Assembly: GCF_009914755.1 (NCBI RefSeq)
Contig: NC_060932.1
DNA: 64,000 bases
Reading direction: 5' to 3' (one strand)
Origin: the human T2T-CHM13v2.0 reference genome, Homo sapiens
Part shown: positions 1-14,457 of the stretch, in pieces
Layout: every line of letters starts with the position of its first letter
How positions within the stretch are numbered: position 1 is the first letter of the stretch
Program-made: the position numbers and the translations under genes
Notes under the pieces: generated by a model
The model's database searches: none
Seen by the model: the letters and a program-made list of their open reading frames with translations, nothing else
What the model was told of the DNA's origin: nothing

Positions 1-76
1 TGGGTTGGGCTTAAAACATCTTTTGCAATTTAAATGTCTCAATGTTCCAGTGAACTTTCTGAATGACCTACATAGC

Positions 77-1074
77 TGTAAACAAAAACAGAATTAAACT
101 CTGTAAAATATTTAAAGAGGTTTATTCTGAGCCAAGTAAGTGACCATGGCCCAAGGCATAGTCTCAAGAAGTTATAAATTGGTTTTGTATGTTTTAGGGA
201 GACAGAAGACATCAATCAATATATATGAGGTACACAAGCGTTCAGTCTGAAAAGGTGGGACAACTTGAAGAGGGGGTGCTTATAAGTCATAGGTGGATAC
301 AAGGATTTTCTGACTGGCAATTGGTTGAAAGAGTTAAGTTATTATCTAAAGACCTGAAATCAGTAGAAAGGAGTGTCTCAGTTAATATAAGGGGTTGTGG
401 AGATAAATTGTAGATGAAGTCTCATAGGTGGCCACCTTTAGAGATAACAGATGGCAAATTTTTCCTGTCTGACCTTTAACAGGTGCTAGACTCTTGCTAA
501 TCCATTCAGGATAAGAAAAGGACTTAAGGCCCAGCAAGGTGGCTCACGCCTGTAATCCCAGCACTCTGGGAGGCCGAGGCGGGTGGATCATGAGGTCAGG
601 AGATCGAGACCATCCTGGCTAACATGGTGAAACCCAGTCTCAAAAAAAAAAAAAAAAAAAAGAAAGAAGGAAAGAAAAATAAAAGGACCTAGAAAAGGGA
701 CGAGGATTCTCTACAGAATTTTAATTTCCCCATTAGAAGACAGAACTGCAAGACTATTTCAAAATATGTCAAAGAAATATGTTTTGGGGTAAAACCTCCT
801 ACATGTTATGTGGTGCTACACTAGAGTCAGGTTGGAATTTGGTATCCTACTGCAACAAAGAGTCTGTTTTGTCAGTCTTAAGATCTCTGTTTTAATGTTA
901 ATGCTGGTCAGTTGTGCCTGAACACCAAAGGGAGGAGAGTACAGTGAGGCCTGTCTAACCCTCACTTCCCATCATGGCCTGAGCTAACGTTTCAGGTTTC
1001 TTTGGAATCCCCTTGGTTCATAGGGGGGTTCATTCAGTTAGTAGGAGGACTTAGAATTATATTTTTGGTTTACA
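77..1074 (-). mobile_element. MER4-family solo LTR (ERV1)
   Basis: TG...CA termini; reverse complement of the right end reads TGTAAACCAAAAATATAATTCTAAGTCC (MER4 start); minus-strand poly(A) signal (tttatt at 121); near-TSD tagc/taac. Confidence 0.8.
528..680 (+). mobile_element. Alu (Y/Sc-like) left monomer joined directly to an A-tail
   Basis: ggtggctcacgcctgtaatcccagcac...gagatcgagaccatcctggctaacatggtgaaacccagtctc then A-run; TSD aaaaggactta (516-526)/aaaaggaccta (681-691). Confidence 0.9.
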
Positions 1075-1613
1075 TAACAATACATTCAAGTCTATCCACA
1101 CATGAGCTGTTGTAGCGATTTCTCTGAAGTTTTTATCAATCTCTTCACCTTCAGCTTGCAGGGCTTCAGGAAAAAGACAGTTTTGTTTTTAGTGATTTGA
1201 AGTCAGAAGAGTGAGAGCAAATGAGAAATGCTAGTTTGGAAAGTCATAGTGAGATATTGGAGAAAAACTGGAAGAATTCCGAATCCAGTTTACTTTATGG
1301 ATAGGTAACAGTAGTTCAAGGACAATGAAAAGGACTAGAATCTAATAGGTATACTATAATTTTTCTCTCTACATTCACCTCCATTTTTACCAAAAATAAT
1401 CATAGTAACATTGGTTTCTTTGCAAATTAAAAGTAGTCTCACTAAACTTCGAGTATTTATATAAGTGAGCAAGAGTAGCAATTGAACGTATAGGATCTGT
1501 TAAAGTCCACTTTGCTGGAACTTATGAGATATAGCAAATACAAGTTTTAAACCCTCTTAAGTTTAGAAAGCCAAGCCAAGGAATTGACATTGGACTTCAT
1601 CTACAATACTTAT

Positions 1614-2082
1614 TGACAGAGCAGGAGCATCGCCATCTTGGACAAGCACTGCCATTTTAAAGTTCACCTTGATCAAAAACTGCCCAAATCCAAAGGGCAT
1701 CAGCCTAATGGCTAAGGTCAGCCTGACCATAAACGACAAATAACATCTCTGACCAGAAACAGTCTAACCATAAGATAAACCCCTTCCCCAACCAGAGACA
1801 TACCAGCTCCCCTCTGGCCAGAGAAATGTCAGCCCCAAGATAACCTCCCCTCCAACCGGAGACATTCCAACCCCACAATAAACTTCTCCCTCACACAGAA
1901 AATTTCTGAGCCTGTAATAAGCTCTCTCACCCTAAAACCAATAAATACTGTCAGTTTGTAAGAGAGAGTGCTCATGACAAAAATCGGCCAGAAGCCCCTC
2001 TCACGTTTATTCTCCAAAATAAACATGTCTTTCACTGTTGAGCCATTTTTCATGTTTCTTTCTTCTTTCTTTAACTCTTACA
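1614..2082 (+). mobile_element. ERV1 solo LTR (LTR19-like, tentative)
   Basis: Starts TGACAGAGCAGGAGCATCGCCATCTTGG, ends ...ctcttaCA; AATAAA near the 3' end; 5-bp near-TSD cttat/cctat. Confidence 0.75.
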
Positions 2083-2241
2083 CCTATAGATATGGGTAAA
2101 TTCCTTACCTGAAAGTTACTCAACAAATTTACTCAATTTATAAGGCCAGGAAAACTTTTTAGCCAGGTGCTAGACCATGTTTTTCCCCCAAGGGTCTCTG
2201 TTAGCTATATAAAGTCAACCTTATTTCCTTAAAACTGTCTG

Positions 2242-2547
<306 letters not shown>

Positions 2548-3464
2548 TTACAAAGAGAACAGATCATTATTGAACTCATGCAAATAACCATATTGCCATG
2601 AAAATAAAAGTATTCACTAAGAGTTTCTAAATTCTGGATGAATTGGGTAGTAAACAAATGGTAAATGCTTCAACAATCGTTTTTACAAATGTGTATTTTA
2701 CCATATTGCTCCAAGCTGTAGTTTAAGGAAAAAGAAAGGGAAAAATGTTTCCTTGAAGCCAAAAAATAAAACATTAAGTAATCAACAGTGTTTGAAACTA
2801 AAAAGCGACAAAAATTACAATCATCCTCATCGGTTATTTCAGTCTCATATAATTAATTTCTGTTGTGCTTAATCTTGGGTTAGCAATTTTATGAATCCTG
2901 CTTTTCCATGAGAGTTCAGGAAATTCTTACCTAATTCAACGGGATGGTTTTAAAGTTATCAGAAACATGTAATTGTTAGTCTTTTCCAAGAATTTCCTTA
3001 AAGACAAAGCACATTTGTATTATAGTTGCTCACAAAATATTTCAGGAAAGAATCAGAGAAAAATGATTGTCTGCAGATGGCAAAAGATTTTACATGGCCA
3101 TTGTTGAAGGTCTGATGAATGTACATTATAATGCAATTGACACTCATCAGTATAGGAAATATAGGAATATGGAACAAAACTGATTTTTGTGTAAATTCAC
3201 ATTTTATTTTATATCCATCAATTCCAGCATCCTTTAGTATTAGTTCTCCATTTATATATTTTCAGTGCTCACCCTATTTACTTTTAAAAGTTTCTCATTC
3301 CTGAGAAGTTCATCTTGAATCAACTCTTAACTGAGTACATTACCTGGCCAAATCATTTCTTCAAAAGGGCACATAGTTCTGTATTTCCCAAGCTGTTCTG
3401 GTTGAGAAAGTTGTGGTTTTCTTGATGTAGGCATAATATGATACTCTGGGATCACACATTATTT

Positions 3465-4325
3465 TGTTTTTAATCAACTTTATATTTTATAAGATTTTCA
3501 GATTTGCGGAAAAACTTAAAATATATTATGGAGAATTTCTAAATGCCCCTGCACACAGTATCGTTTATGATTAACATAGTATATGAATATGGTGCACTTG
3601 TTAAAATTACTATACATTGTTGGTACATTAGTATAAAGTAGAGTGCATACTTATTCAGATTTCAGATTTTAACTTAATGTTCTTGTCCCAGTCCACGATG
3701 CCTTCCAGGATAACACATAGTATTTATTCATCTTGTCTGTAACGGTGTCACAGACATTCTTTGGTTTTGATGACCTTAACATTTGAGGAATACTGACCAG
3801 GAATTTTGCTTTTATTGTTTTATTAGAATTTGTTAGATGTTTTTCTTATGAATAGATAAACATATTCTTATGAAATGATAAACATTTTCTATTCTTATGA
3901 ATAGAAAAACATAAGATGTTTTTCTTATGAATAGATTGAGATTATAGATTTTTCTTATGAATAGATTGAGATTATAAATTTCAGAGAGCAAGATCACAGA
4001 GGTAAATTACCATTTTCATCCCATCATCTCAAGCAGACATACCCTGAACATGCCCCATCATTGTTGAGGCTCATGATGCATCTCTACTGTCTTATTTCAT
4101 TGTTCAAATGTTCTGACTTTGGCCATTGGTTGTCCTTTCAGGTGGGTCCTTTAATATCCACCTGTCAATGTGTGCTTTGGTTTTGCTGTTGTTGTTACTG
4201 TTTTTAAGCACTTCCTTACTTCCTGGAACCACAAAATGCTCCAATTTCATCTTGCATATTTCCTGTCCTCTGAAATCAGCCATTTCTCCAAGGAGTCATT
4301 GTTCTTTTTACAGGAAAATGGGTAT
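3465..4325 (-). mobile_element. Old L1M (L1MC/MD-like) 3' UTR fragment
   Basis: Resembles antisense old L1 3' end (aactttatattttataagattttcagatttgcggaaaaac...). Confidence 0.6.
3835..3980. repeat. Local imperfect tandem/inverted duplication of ttcttatgaatagat
   Basis: About five copies of the core visible directly. Confidence 0.85.
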
Positions 4326-5039
4326 AAGCTTCTTGATCATTTGCTACTTGGTGTTATTTCATTGTGGCTCACTGACAGAGTAAAGAACATAAATGTATTT
4401 ATTACCACTGAACTGTACACTAAAAGATGGTAAAGATGTTAATTACATATATACTTATTTATATCTATCTAGATATATTATCTCAATAAAAATAAACTCT
4501 CCTATATCCTTAAAAAAGGAAATATATGTGTATATATTCACATTTTTGCAAAAAGCAACTTATCAATGTTTATTTTTTTTACTTTTAAAAGTATTTGTTT
4601 GCTTGGAAATGTTATTTTGAGCCTCAGTGTATTCCTTCAGATGGGCAAGTTCTCCTTTCATTTCATTCTGTTTTTTATTATTTCATTTGTGTGCTTTTAT
4701 TACATTGAATTAAGAAGTAGATGAGAAGGTATCTAGAAGATAAAGAACAGCAAGTTTCTCTCCAGACACCCTTGGTCTATGCAATCTTACTTATTTCATG
4801 ACACTTCCTAGTCCAGTTTCAGGCCAGCCGCCCTACCTCTCAGAACATTTGTCATTTTTCTCACTATCACCATTGCTAAGCTCAACAGCAGCCAATCCTG
4901 TATCTGCCCATATCCACACACTGCCAATGGTTTCCTACTACACTATTTTCTCCTCACTAATTAAGAATTAAATACATTATTTGCTAGGACCAATCAGCAA
5001 GTATATGGTGTTTTGTTTTGTGTGCTCTAGGTATGATGT

Positions 5040-5110
5040 TAGAGCCATGATCATGCAACTGCACTCCAGCCTGCGAGACAGAGTGAGACACGGTCTTAAG
5101 AAATAAAAAG
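5040..5110 (+). mobile_element. Alu (J-like) 3' fragment
   Basis: gagccatgatcatgcaactgcactccagcctgcgagacagagtgagac plus degenerate A-tail. Confidence 0.8.
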
Positions 5111-6479
5111 GAAAAATTATTGTGGTAACAAAAAAGAGCAACTCCTTTGTAGGAAATACAAACAAAAGAGGGTATCTTCTTTCTTAGGAAATACACACTT
5201 AAAATTTGAGAGTAAGCTGCATATATCACGCACCAACCTCTCTCGTCTCATTATTTCTGTCATTCATGTCTGATTATCCATCCATCCATTCATTTTTATA
5301 TATGCACAGATAAATGACTAAATTGAGTTCATCAATAAAAATGGCGACTTCTGGACAGAAATAACAGGTAATTTAAAACTTTTTCTCCAATGGAATTTAC
5401 AAAAACCATAAGGGCGTCATTCTTTTTTAAAATGTATTATATCCAACAATAAAACAATATATTTCTAAAAAAAAAAAACAAAGGTGCTTATTAACGTGAC
5501 AATGAACAATATAATTATAGCAAGTATAAAACATTTTCCTCAGTAACTTCAGTTATGTTGTTTTCTAAGTAAATTTGTTTCATCAATAGCATGCTACTTT
5601 ATTTCTTTTTCTATTTCAATATTATGTTTTCACAATTGCCATTTTGTTTTTACCTCACACTTGAACCCTTCTATTCTACCATTTATTTTATTCTAACATT
5701 ATATACACATGTTTTGGCGTTTTTTCTCACTATATGTATAACTTCTCTTTTTCCTATATGACCATTTTGTTCTGTTTTCTGTTCTATCCATTTTTATGTG
5801 TGCCTTATGATTGAGGTGAGGGCAGTAGTGTTCAGAGAATGGGAAAATCTGAGCAGAGGAGACCAACAAAAAGCATACCCTCTTTGCTAGAATGGCAGAT
5901 CTTTACTTGCCTTCTCATGATGTATTCTCTAACTGCTTTCTACTGCTGTTTGTTTCAACCTATGTGGGGGCTGTATCTGTCCCAATGTGACAAACACCTG
6001 GGTTTTGAATGTGTTTTCTTTGCCTGAAGTCAGTGTATGCTACAAGTGTGCTCTAGTCTGCAGTCACTTGTGCCATTTATGATCCCTGATTCACTCATTT
6101 CTCCCCACCAGTCACTTCGTTTCTACTTCTATCCAAATGCGGAAACATAATGATAGTAACCACATTTTTCTCTTGATATTTGTATTAGGAGGAATTCCAC
6201 AAATTGTTACCACATACCTGTGTGGCTTCACCATTGTGAAGGAAGAATGAAGACCTAAGCTGAGCCGGGTTGTCGGCTTCAACCCAACATTATTGTCGTT
6301 GTTGTTGTTTCCTCTTCCTTAATAGTTTTAAATGTTAATTGCACTATGTTAAAATTCTGTTGTCTGGGTTAAGGTTGGGGAATTTGTTGCTGTGTTTTAT
6401 AAATTTTTGTTAAGTTCATAATTGGTGAAGAAATACTGCGATGCAGGTTTAACCTGTTATTTCAATACAGAAGGCACCA

Positions 6480-7790
6480 GAATATTTTTCAAGCCATACA
6501 TTGAGGCTTCTGCCCCATGACTCAGCTGAAGCAGCTCTGATTGAGGTCATCAGTGCCTTCATTACCAGTCCCGTTGCTTGTTTTAGACCTAATTTTACCA
6601 TATTGCACTCCAGTACCTAGCATCATTAATTTCTTTTTCTGTCTAAAAATTATTTTTTCCTTTCTTATCAATGGCCTTGTTCTCTCCTTGCCACGTGCTG
6701 ACCAACCTGACTGTTACTCCAGTCCTATTTGCTTGTCTTTTTTCCTTTGACTCCTAATAAAATACTGGGTTCCCCTAGAGAACCATCCTTATCCTGGCTT
6801 TCTTTCTCTCCCTGAGCTATTACGTCCATCTGTATGTTTTCAACATCTGCCTTTTTACTTACTGCCCCAAGCATAAATCAGGTTAAGCTCTATCTCTCAA
6901 AATCTAGGCCTACTGAACACTTACTAGTGAAACTTACCAAAAGCTGTAGTTGTCATATTTTTCTTCCAATGTTGTTCTTCTCCTAGTTCCCTTGTCTTTA
7001 TGAATAAAAACACTCAGATGAGCAGTCTGAAAGTTAACGTCGTTGCCATCTGGCCCTTGATTCCTGAGCTTTCATGCAAAGTTATGCAAGTCACTGACTG
7101 CAAAACAGCACCAGGCCAGGGGACTGTCTGAGGCTCAGGTTTCCCAACAAGCACAAAGGTGCCCTGGGGTCAAGCAGCAGACCATCCCCACTTACAAAAT
7201 GATGCCCAAATCCTTTAGCAGTAGCCTGAATTGCAGTTCTGTGGTCGGTTATCTCCTTTCTGCTTCAGTCATAGTTTAGGAGCTCTTCCTCTTATACCCA
7301 ACCTGTCTTCCTGCTTCCACAATTACCACCACTGGATCCATCTTCCACATTGTCTGAGCAATGATTTTAATCCATACTCCTGAGTAGGCTCTCTACCAGT
7401 TCACTTGCTCCCCAAGAACCCTCATAACTCATCTATCTCCTCATGGTAGACTCTGGTGACAACATTCCATACCATGTTTTAAAAAAATACTTTATACAAC
7501 TTTACTTATGCTCACGGCATTCCCAGTATTTACTGTGTCGTTTCCACCCCTCTGTGTCCATCCAGCTCATCATACTGTGTTTTCCAGGCTCATTGCAAAC
7601 GTCATCTCTATGAAGCAATTCTGACTTTCTGCTATTCCTCTGTTTCTCCCTTGCTCCCCTCCAAATATGGCATTTATATTATAGACCTTTGGGGACTGTA
7701 AGTTATTTACAAAAATACCAGGATGTACTCACTTATTCATATTTGTATTTCTAGTATTGAGAAGAATGCCTGCTCCATACATTAGTACAG
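6480..7790 (+). mobile_element. L2 relics (fragmented)
   Basis: Pyrimidine-rich L2-like tracts ending in an L2 3'-like motif (ttattcatatttgtatttctagtattgagaagaatgcctg). Confidence 0.5.
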
Positions 7791-9294
7791 GGGAGAATGG
7801 CATTGATTGAGGAAGCAATTGTTATTAGTTCTGAATAAGCACGCTTAAAAAAATAATTTGGTCTTCTCAAAAGGATTAAGATTGCACACATCTACAACTC
7901 TCATATTTTTTAAATACAAAGATTTCCCTCCATATTTTTAATTGTTTTACAAAAAGAGAAATACAACTAACCTACTCAAGTAACAAAAAAAATTTAAATA
8001 TTTCTAAATGGCAGGACGTTGATTTACTGGTCTAATTGGTTTATTTGTTCTAGAGAATGTGTAATGTAATGTAAATTATTTCCCTGTAGGTAAAGACATC
8101 TACTATATTGAGAAATTCCACCTATTTTATACTGCCTGTGAGAGCAGAAATAGCCTTTGCTTGTCATTTTTTAAATTTACTGACAAACCCAGCACTCTAC
8201 TCTTGCCGACATTAGATGAACAATGAATTAAACAGCTTACTTTTGACAACTCAACTCTCTGAGGACATGCAGACTCAGAAACATCAAAGATTTCATGGGA
8301 TCAGTTTTGTGTGTAGAGCTATGAAATGTGTTGATTAAGGTCATCTGGAAAAAAAAAGGATAGGATAAACAGAATGATTTTTAGTTATATGATTAAAGGA
8401 TGTTGACATGTGAGGCTATTTTTGTCATTTCAGAGGTTAATGTACTTAAAGCTTTATTCTTACTCCACCTAGGAATTGCATGTTATAGGTTGCTAGCATT
8501 AATTTTCAGTGTCTCTTCTCCTTAAAATAAACACTACAATTTTATCCTTTTCTTGGTGAAGGCACAGAGCTGTGTCCTAAGGTTAAATGTGTTTACTAGG
8601 AAAAATATTAATTCCAAAAATATTATTTCCAAATATTAGTTCCATTTAGTTCCAACATGTGACCAGTTTAACCAAGAGGAATTTGATTCTGTTGCAACAT
8701 GTTTTACATTTTGCTTTGCAAAGTTCCTCTAAGAGGAGCAAAATGGTAATGTTCAACCTTTAGACTTAAGATAAATAGTATATAATAAGCCTGGGTAGAA
8801 GACTACTATATAAATATTTCAATCCTTGGTTGTATGTGGTATGGAAAACACAGTAACATAAAATTCACTAATCTGCTATGTAATGTTTATGTGGATCCAG
8901 ATGAAGCTGTGTCTTCACTAGATAATTTATCAAGTTTACTGATCTTACAGTATCATTTACTAAGTTATCACCGAATAGAATGCACAGACTTAGGACAAAT
9001 CTCCAGGGTGCAACTGCATCAGTGCCCATGATTCTTTTGTAGCACAATCATGCATAACAGCCTCAGAAAGTGGAAGCGTGGGGTCAGTGACTGAAGTTGT
9101 ACTTCCTCTTGCTTATACCTTAGTTATAGTGAGACAGTGCTGTGCACCATTAAAGAGTTTGCACACATCATTGTATCACTAACATCATTGAAGTTCTTGC
9201 ATTTTTAATTATTCATACTTAAAGAAATATTACAGAATCCTGAGCCGTTTCCACAAATGTAGAAGCTAGAATGTAAATGACACTGGACTGGAAA

Positions 9295-9378
9295 TTTTGT
9301 CTGTTTTGCGCTTTGCTGTATTCCCAGTGCCTACAATAAAGACTGATACCATAAATGAACAAATAATAAATGTATTAT
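9295..9378 (+). mobile_element. L2 3' end fragment
   Basis: gtctgttttgcgctttgctgtattcccagtgcctacaata...aataaatgt. Confidence 0.6.
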
Positions 9379-10396
9379 TATTTATGCTCAGCAAACAGTT
9401 TTGAAATGAATATTGAAAGAGAGGAGAAGTCAGATGTGTTTGCTGGTGGTTACAGTCAGGATTGGTACCAGGAAAAACTGCAGAGTTGCTTAAGGTCCTC
9501 CACCTTCCTTTGGGATGTCTGTTTTTCCCCTTTTATAGCAAGGGAATGCACGGAATGTACACATAGTAGGCTTTGGATTCCGCAGAATGTCATCACAGAA
9601 TTTGATTGGACATCTGTTGAAGAACATGAGGAATGGGTTCCTACTGAGTATTGCAGGGGATAGGGGTACAATTACGTTATTTTCAACTTGAAGGATTCTT
9701 CAGTTCCTTCAGTGCCAGCAGGATTCCTGGATGACTGCTATCCAGTTTTATCTTCCAGGAACCATAGCTCTCTATCCCACACAGGTCTGGGGTCTCTTTC
9801 AGAAACATTCCCTCAGCCTCATGTTTCTCAGACCCTCTTCTGTACCTAGGTTCCTCCAAATCCTGCCTATTTTAGGTATCTGGAGTTAATGTAAAAAACA
9901 AGCCACTTGATGTGCTTCGTGAGTCATTACATTATTTCTCCCTAAGATACTCAATACAACTCTATAAAAAATGGCTTAGCTACAATTTCAGAATGCCATT
10001 TGCAATGCCTAAAGGTCCTTGAAAGAGGATTCTTTCTTCTTTTTAATCTCAAGAATCGTAGGGTGAATAATGCCATTTTTCACTGCTGTGTTCTCTACAG
10101 AATGTGAGGCCTTTGCAGGGAAACATCACTGTTTAGGTTCCTGGGGTTTAAGGAAAGTCCAGTCTTTGGCAAATACCTAATACTTTTAGTTTGCAGTTTC
10201 CGAAGAGTTTTAGGTTTTTCCAGTTGTAATATCCTTGATTCCTAAATATAGTCATTAGTATAGCACATATATTACTTTATTGTCCTTATTTATTTACATT
10301 TGCTTATTCCTATTCATTCTTCTTGAGGACAAAATCTAGTCAGTTATCATATTAATAATAACTGTACTCATTTAAACATTTTTAAATTTTTTGGGA

Positions 10397-10697
10397 TTTA
10401 TTTATTTTGTTTTGTTTTGCTTTTTTTGAGACAGGGTCTCTGTTTGTCCCCCAGGCTGGAGTGCAATGGCGTGATCTCAGGGCTCACTGCAGCCTTGACT
10501 TCCCAGGTTCAAGCAATTCTGCTTCAGCCCCCCAAGTAGCTGGGACTACAAGTGCACACTAACACACCTGGCTAATTTTGGTATTCTTTATAAAGATGAG
10601 GTTTTGCCATGTTACCCAGGCTGGTCTCGATCTCCTGAACTCAAGCGATGCCTATCTCGGCCTCCCAAAGTGCTGGGACTGCAGACATTGACCACCC
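10397..10697 (-). mobile_element. AluJ
   Basis: T-rich tail then gagacagggtctc...cactgcagccttgacttcccagg...gaactcaagcgat (J-type diagnostics). Confidence 0.92.
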
Positions 10698-10893
10698 TAT
10701 ACATTTATGTATTTATTCATTCTTGCATATGTGGATTTCATTAAAGTAATAATCAGTGAGCATTTGCAGTGCAATCTTGTCGGCCTTGAAGTTTCAGCAG
10801 AGAACAAAAGACATAAGGTCTCTCCTCAAACATCTTGCCTATTCGAAAGAGACAGACTTACGTGTTTATATATAAGAGAGAGAGACAGACATA

Positions 10894-10896
<3 letters not shown>

Positions 10897-10930
<34 letters not shown>
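10897..10930. repeat. (GT)n microsatellite
   Basis: Perfect GT run. Confidence 0.95.
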
Positions 10931-10933
<3 letters not shown>

Positions 10934-11649
10934 ATGCAATGTCAGATAATGAAAAGGACTGTGAAGAAAAACAAAACAGGGTAGAAGGAAAGAGTGTGAG
11001 GTACTATTTTTTTAAAGAGTGATAGGGAAAACTTCTCCAAGGAGGGTTATTTGAGCAAAGACCTGAATCAAGTGGGATAACTATTCTGGGAAAAACTTTT
11101 TCAGGTGGAGGAAAAAGCTTGTGCACGTGCCATGTAATGGAAACCTTCATAGTGTGTTTGAAGGCCAGTGACATAATAAATGAGACAGCCAGGTAAGAAA
11201 TGACCTCAGGAAAGTTGCAGGGCTAGATCGAGGAAGACTTTCTAGGATGTACTAGGGATTTGGAATTTTATTGTTTGTATGATAGAGAATCAATGCAGGC
11301 TTTGAAAAGGAGTAACATGATAAAATGACTGTCTTTAAAAAATTACTCTGGCAACTGAGTGAAGAATAGGCTACAAGAAAGAAAATGAGATCGTAGAGAC
11401 CAATTGGAGGGGTGACATAGCAATCTGACTGTTGCTTGTGTCCTAGACCAAGGTGTCATGAATAAAGCTAAGTAGAAGGCATAGTTAGGATACAATTTTA
11501 AGACAGAAAAGACCGGACATGTTGATGGATCTGATCTATGTGAGAGAAAGGGAGACATCAAGATGCTCTCCGTTGTTTTGGAGTGTCCAATGGTAGAGGC
11601 ATTTATTGAAATGGAGGGAAGTTCATGGTAGGAAGCAGAATGAGGAAAG

Positions 11650-11668
11650 GTGTGTGTGTGTGTGTGTG
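11650..11668. repeat. (GT)n microsatellite
   Basis: Short GT run. Confidence 0.9.
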
Positions 11669-12800
11669 CTCTAATGTTTGGTTTGAAATGTCTATGACAC
11701 ATACATGTATAATGAAGTAGTCAGTGGGTTTGAATCTGGAATTCAGGGAATAGGTTAATCCTACAGCTGAAAATACGGTATCCATCAGTATATAGAGACA
11801 GCATTTAAAACCATGGGGCTGGATGACATGTCAGAGAGTCATGTGGACAGAAGTGCAGAGGGAGGAAACAAGCCAGATGAGTAAGGAAGACAGGGTGTTC
11901 CAGGTTGGTGCAACATTTAACTGTAGTTGAGAGCATAATCTACTTGAATCCAGGACAGGTCAGTTTGGGTAAAATACGGAAAGAATGAAGGGTGTAATGT
12001 GGTATGAGCCAAAAGGAGAAACCAGGCAATATGTTAGAAAATGGATGGTCAATGATGCTGCGGTCCTGAGGAACAACTGAAGGATTTTCAACTGGGAAAT
12101 TACTGACATATTCAGTTATTTTTTTTAAATCTCTCTGATTGAAGTGTGAAGACTGGTTCAGAGAGGAAAAGAGGAGAGGCAGATAGACTGTTCAGAATAC
12201 TTATAGAAATACCTGTGAGGGATGACTGTGTCTGGCGCCCAGATGGTCACTATGGAAAGAGACAAGCAAAGGCATGTGAAAGACAATGAGAAGATGTGGG
12301 TTAGGTTTCTAGGTTGAGTGCTTGGAAGAGGTATTACTGTCAGTTGAGATGAAGATGACCAGGGCATGGGAGAGGCTCCGTGAGTTTAATGTGCTCCTTG
12401 TGAAAGGAATGTTTTGATATTTGGCAACAGAACTGGGATGTATATTTTAATATTTAGTTATCCATAACCTACAGGTGGCATTTAAAACTAAAATAATGAA
12501 TGAGCTCTCTCTGTAAGTTTATAACATAAGAAGAGGGAGCAAGGGGCACCTGAGGAAAAGCAGTATGCAACAGCATTGAAGGAGACCCTAGCAGAGGAGG
12601 TGGAGAAGGAGGATCCAAGGACCTGAGGGAAGACACAGTGGGTTCTGGCCTTGGAAGTCAACTAAAAAGTGAGAGCTTCATCACAGGACCCCTCAGGAGG
12701 GTCCAGAATTGTGTTCATACAAAGTGTTTCCTTGGAACAACCTGCGTGTAGCCTTTGGAATTCATTATAGAACTGGGACATCCAGGTTGTCTTGTCAACA

Positions 12801-13494
<694 letters not shown>

Positions 13495-14021
13495 CTTAGA
13501 CCACACAAATCCTACATTTATGGGAGCTGTGACTTGAAAAAAAATAAAAATATCTTCAGAAATAATTCAATATTTGACATCATATAACTTTTGCTATCTC
13601 TAGAGAAAAACAATTTATGCTGTGACATTACTGGAAAGAACATCTTATCAAGAAAAAATTATGACCTAAACAATGATGATAAATTAATTTACGATCTGTT
13701 ATTAGGAAATGTGGAAGATTGAATCAAGTTGTGCAAATAGGTACACATGTCTACTTTCTCTTCTATCAAAACTGTAGAAAATAATAAAATAAAAATAATC
13801 AAATAAATACGCAGAATAAAAAAGTTAAGATAACCTAATATTATTACACTTAAGATTAAGTAATTCCTAAAACTGCGACAAGTGAAAATGTCAAATAGAC
13901 CAGTAAGAACCTCTATATCAATTTAATTCTGAATGTGTAGTTCTAATCCACATTAAATAGCTACAAGAAGCAAAAAAGGCTCAGGAGTCATCCAACAGCT
14001 TCAAAGTATTCTTAAGCTTTC

Positions 14022-14457
14022 TATGCCTTTTAAAGAGAAACAGAACTATAGGACATGTGTATATATTAAGAGAGATCTATTTTAAGGAATTGGTTCATAT
14101 AATTATGGATACTGGCAAGCCCCAAAATTTGCAGTTGAAGTTCAAAGACCATCAGGCTAGAGACCTGGGAAACAGCTGATGTTGCACTTCAAGTTCAAAG
14201 GTTGCATGCTGGCAGAATTCCTATTTATGAGGCAGGAGGAAAAGAAGGAGTCAGTCTTTAGTTCTTTAGTTCTAGTGAGGCCTTCAACAGATTGAGTGAG
14301 GCCCACCCATGTTATGGCAAATCTGCTTTCCCCAGAGTCCACAGATTTAAAAGTTAGTCTCATCAAAAACACTTGCATAAAAATATTCAAAATTACATTC
14401 CACCAAGTATCTGAGAGCCATGGCTCAGCCAAATTGACAATAAAATTAAGCATCATA
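14022..14457 (-). mobile_element. MLT2 (ERVL) LTR
   Basis: agagaaacagaactatagga...ttttaaggaattggttcatataattatgga...ggccttcaacagattgagtgaggcccaccca...aaattaagcatca. Confidence 0.8.

Larger units (their letters stand above)
10705..12670 (-). mobile_element. L2 relic(s)
   Basis: Purine-rich antisense L2-like sequence (gagcaaagacctgaat..., ttttattgtttgtatgatagagaatcaatgcaggctttga, aattactctggcaactgagtgaagaatag). Confidence 0.65.

Noticed and set aside
3835-3980. Repeat-spacer-like pattern suggestive of CRISPR
   Set aside because: Eukaryotic context, irregular unit lengths, spacers derived from the repeat itself, no cas genes
5337-5373. aaaATGGCG start-like/YY1-like motif followed by a CAG|GTAATT donor-like site
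   Set aside because: In-frame TAA after 7 codons, no CpG island or other promoter evidence; compatible with chance
9370-9663. 97-aa ORF with an overlapping antisense ORF
   Set aside because: No recognisable homology or exon boundaries that I can support
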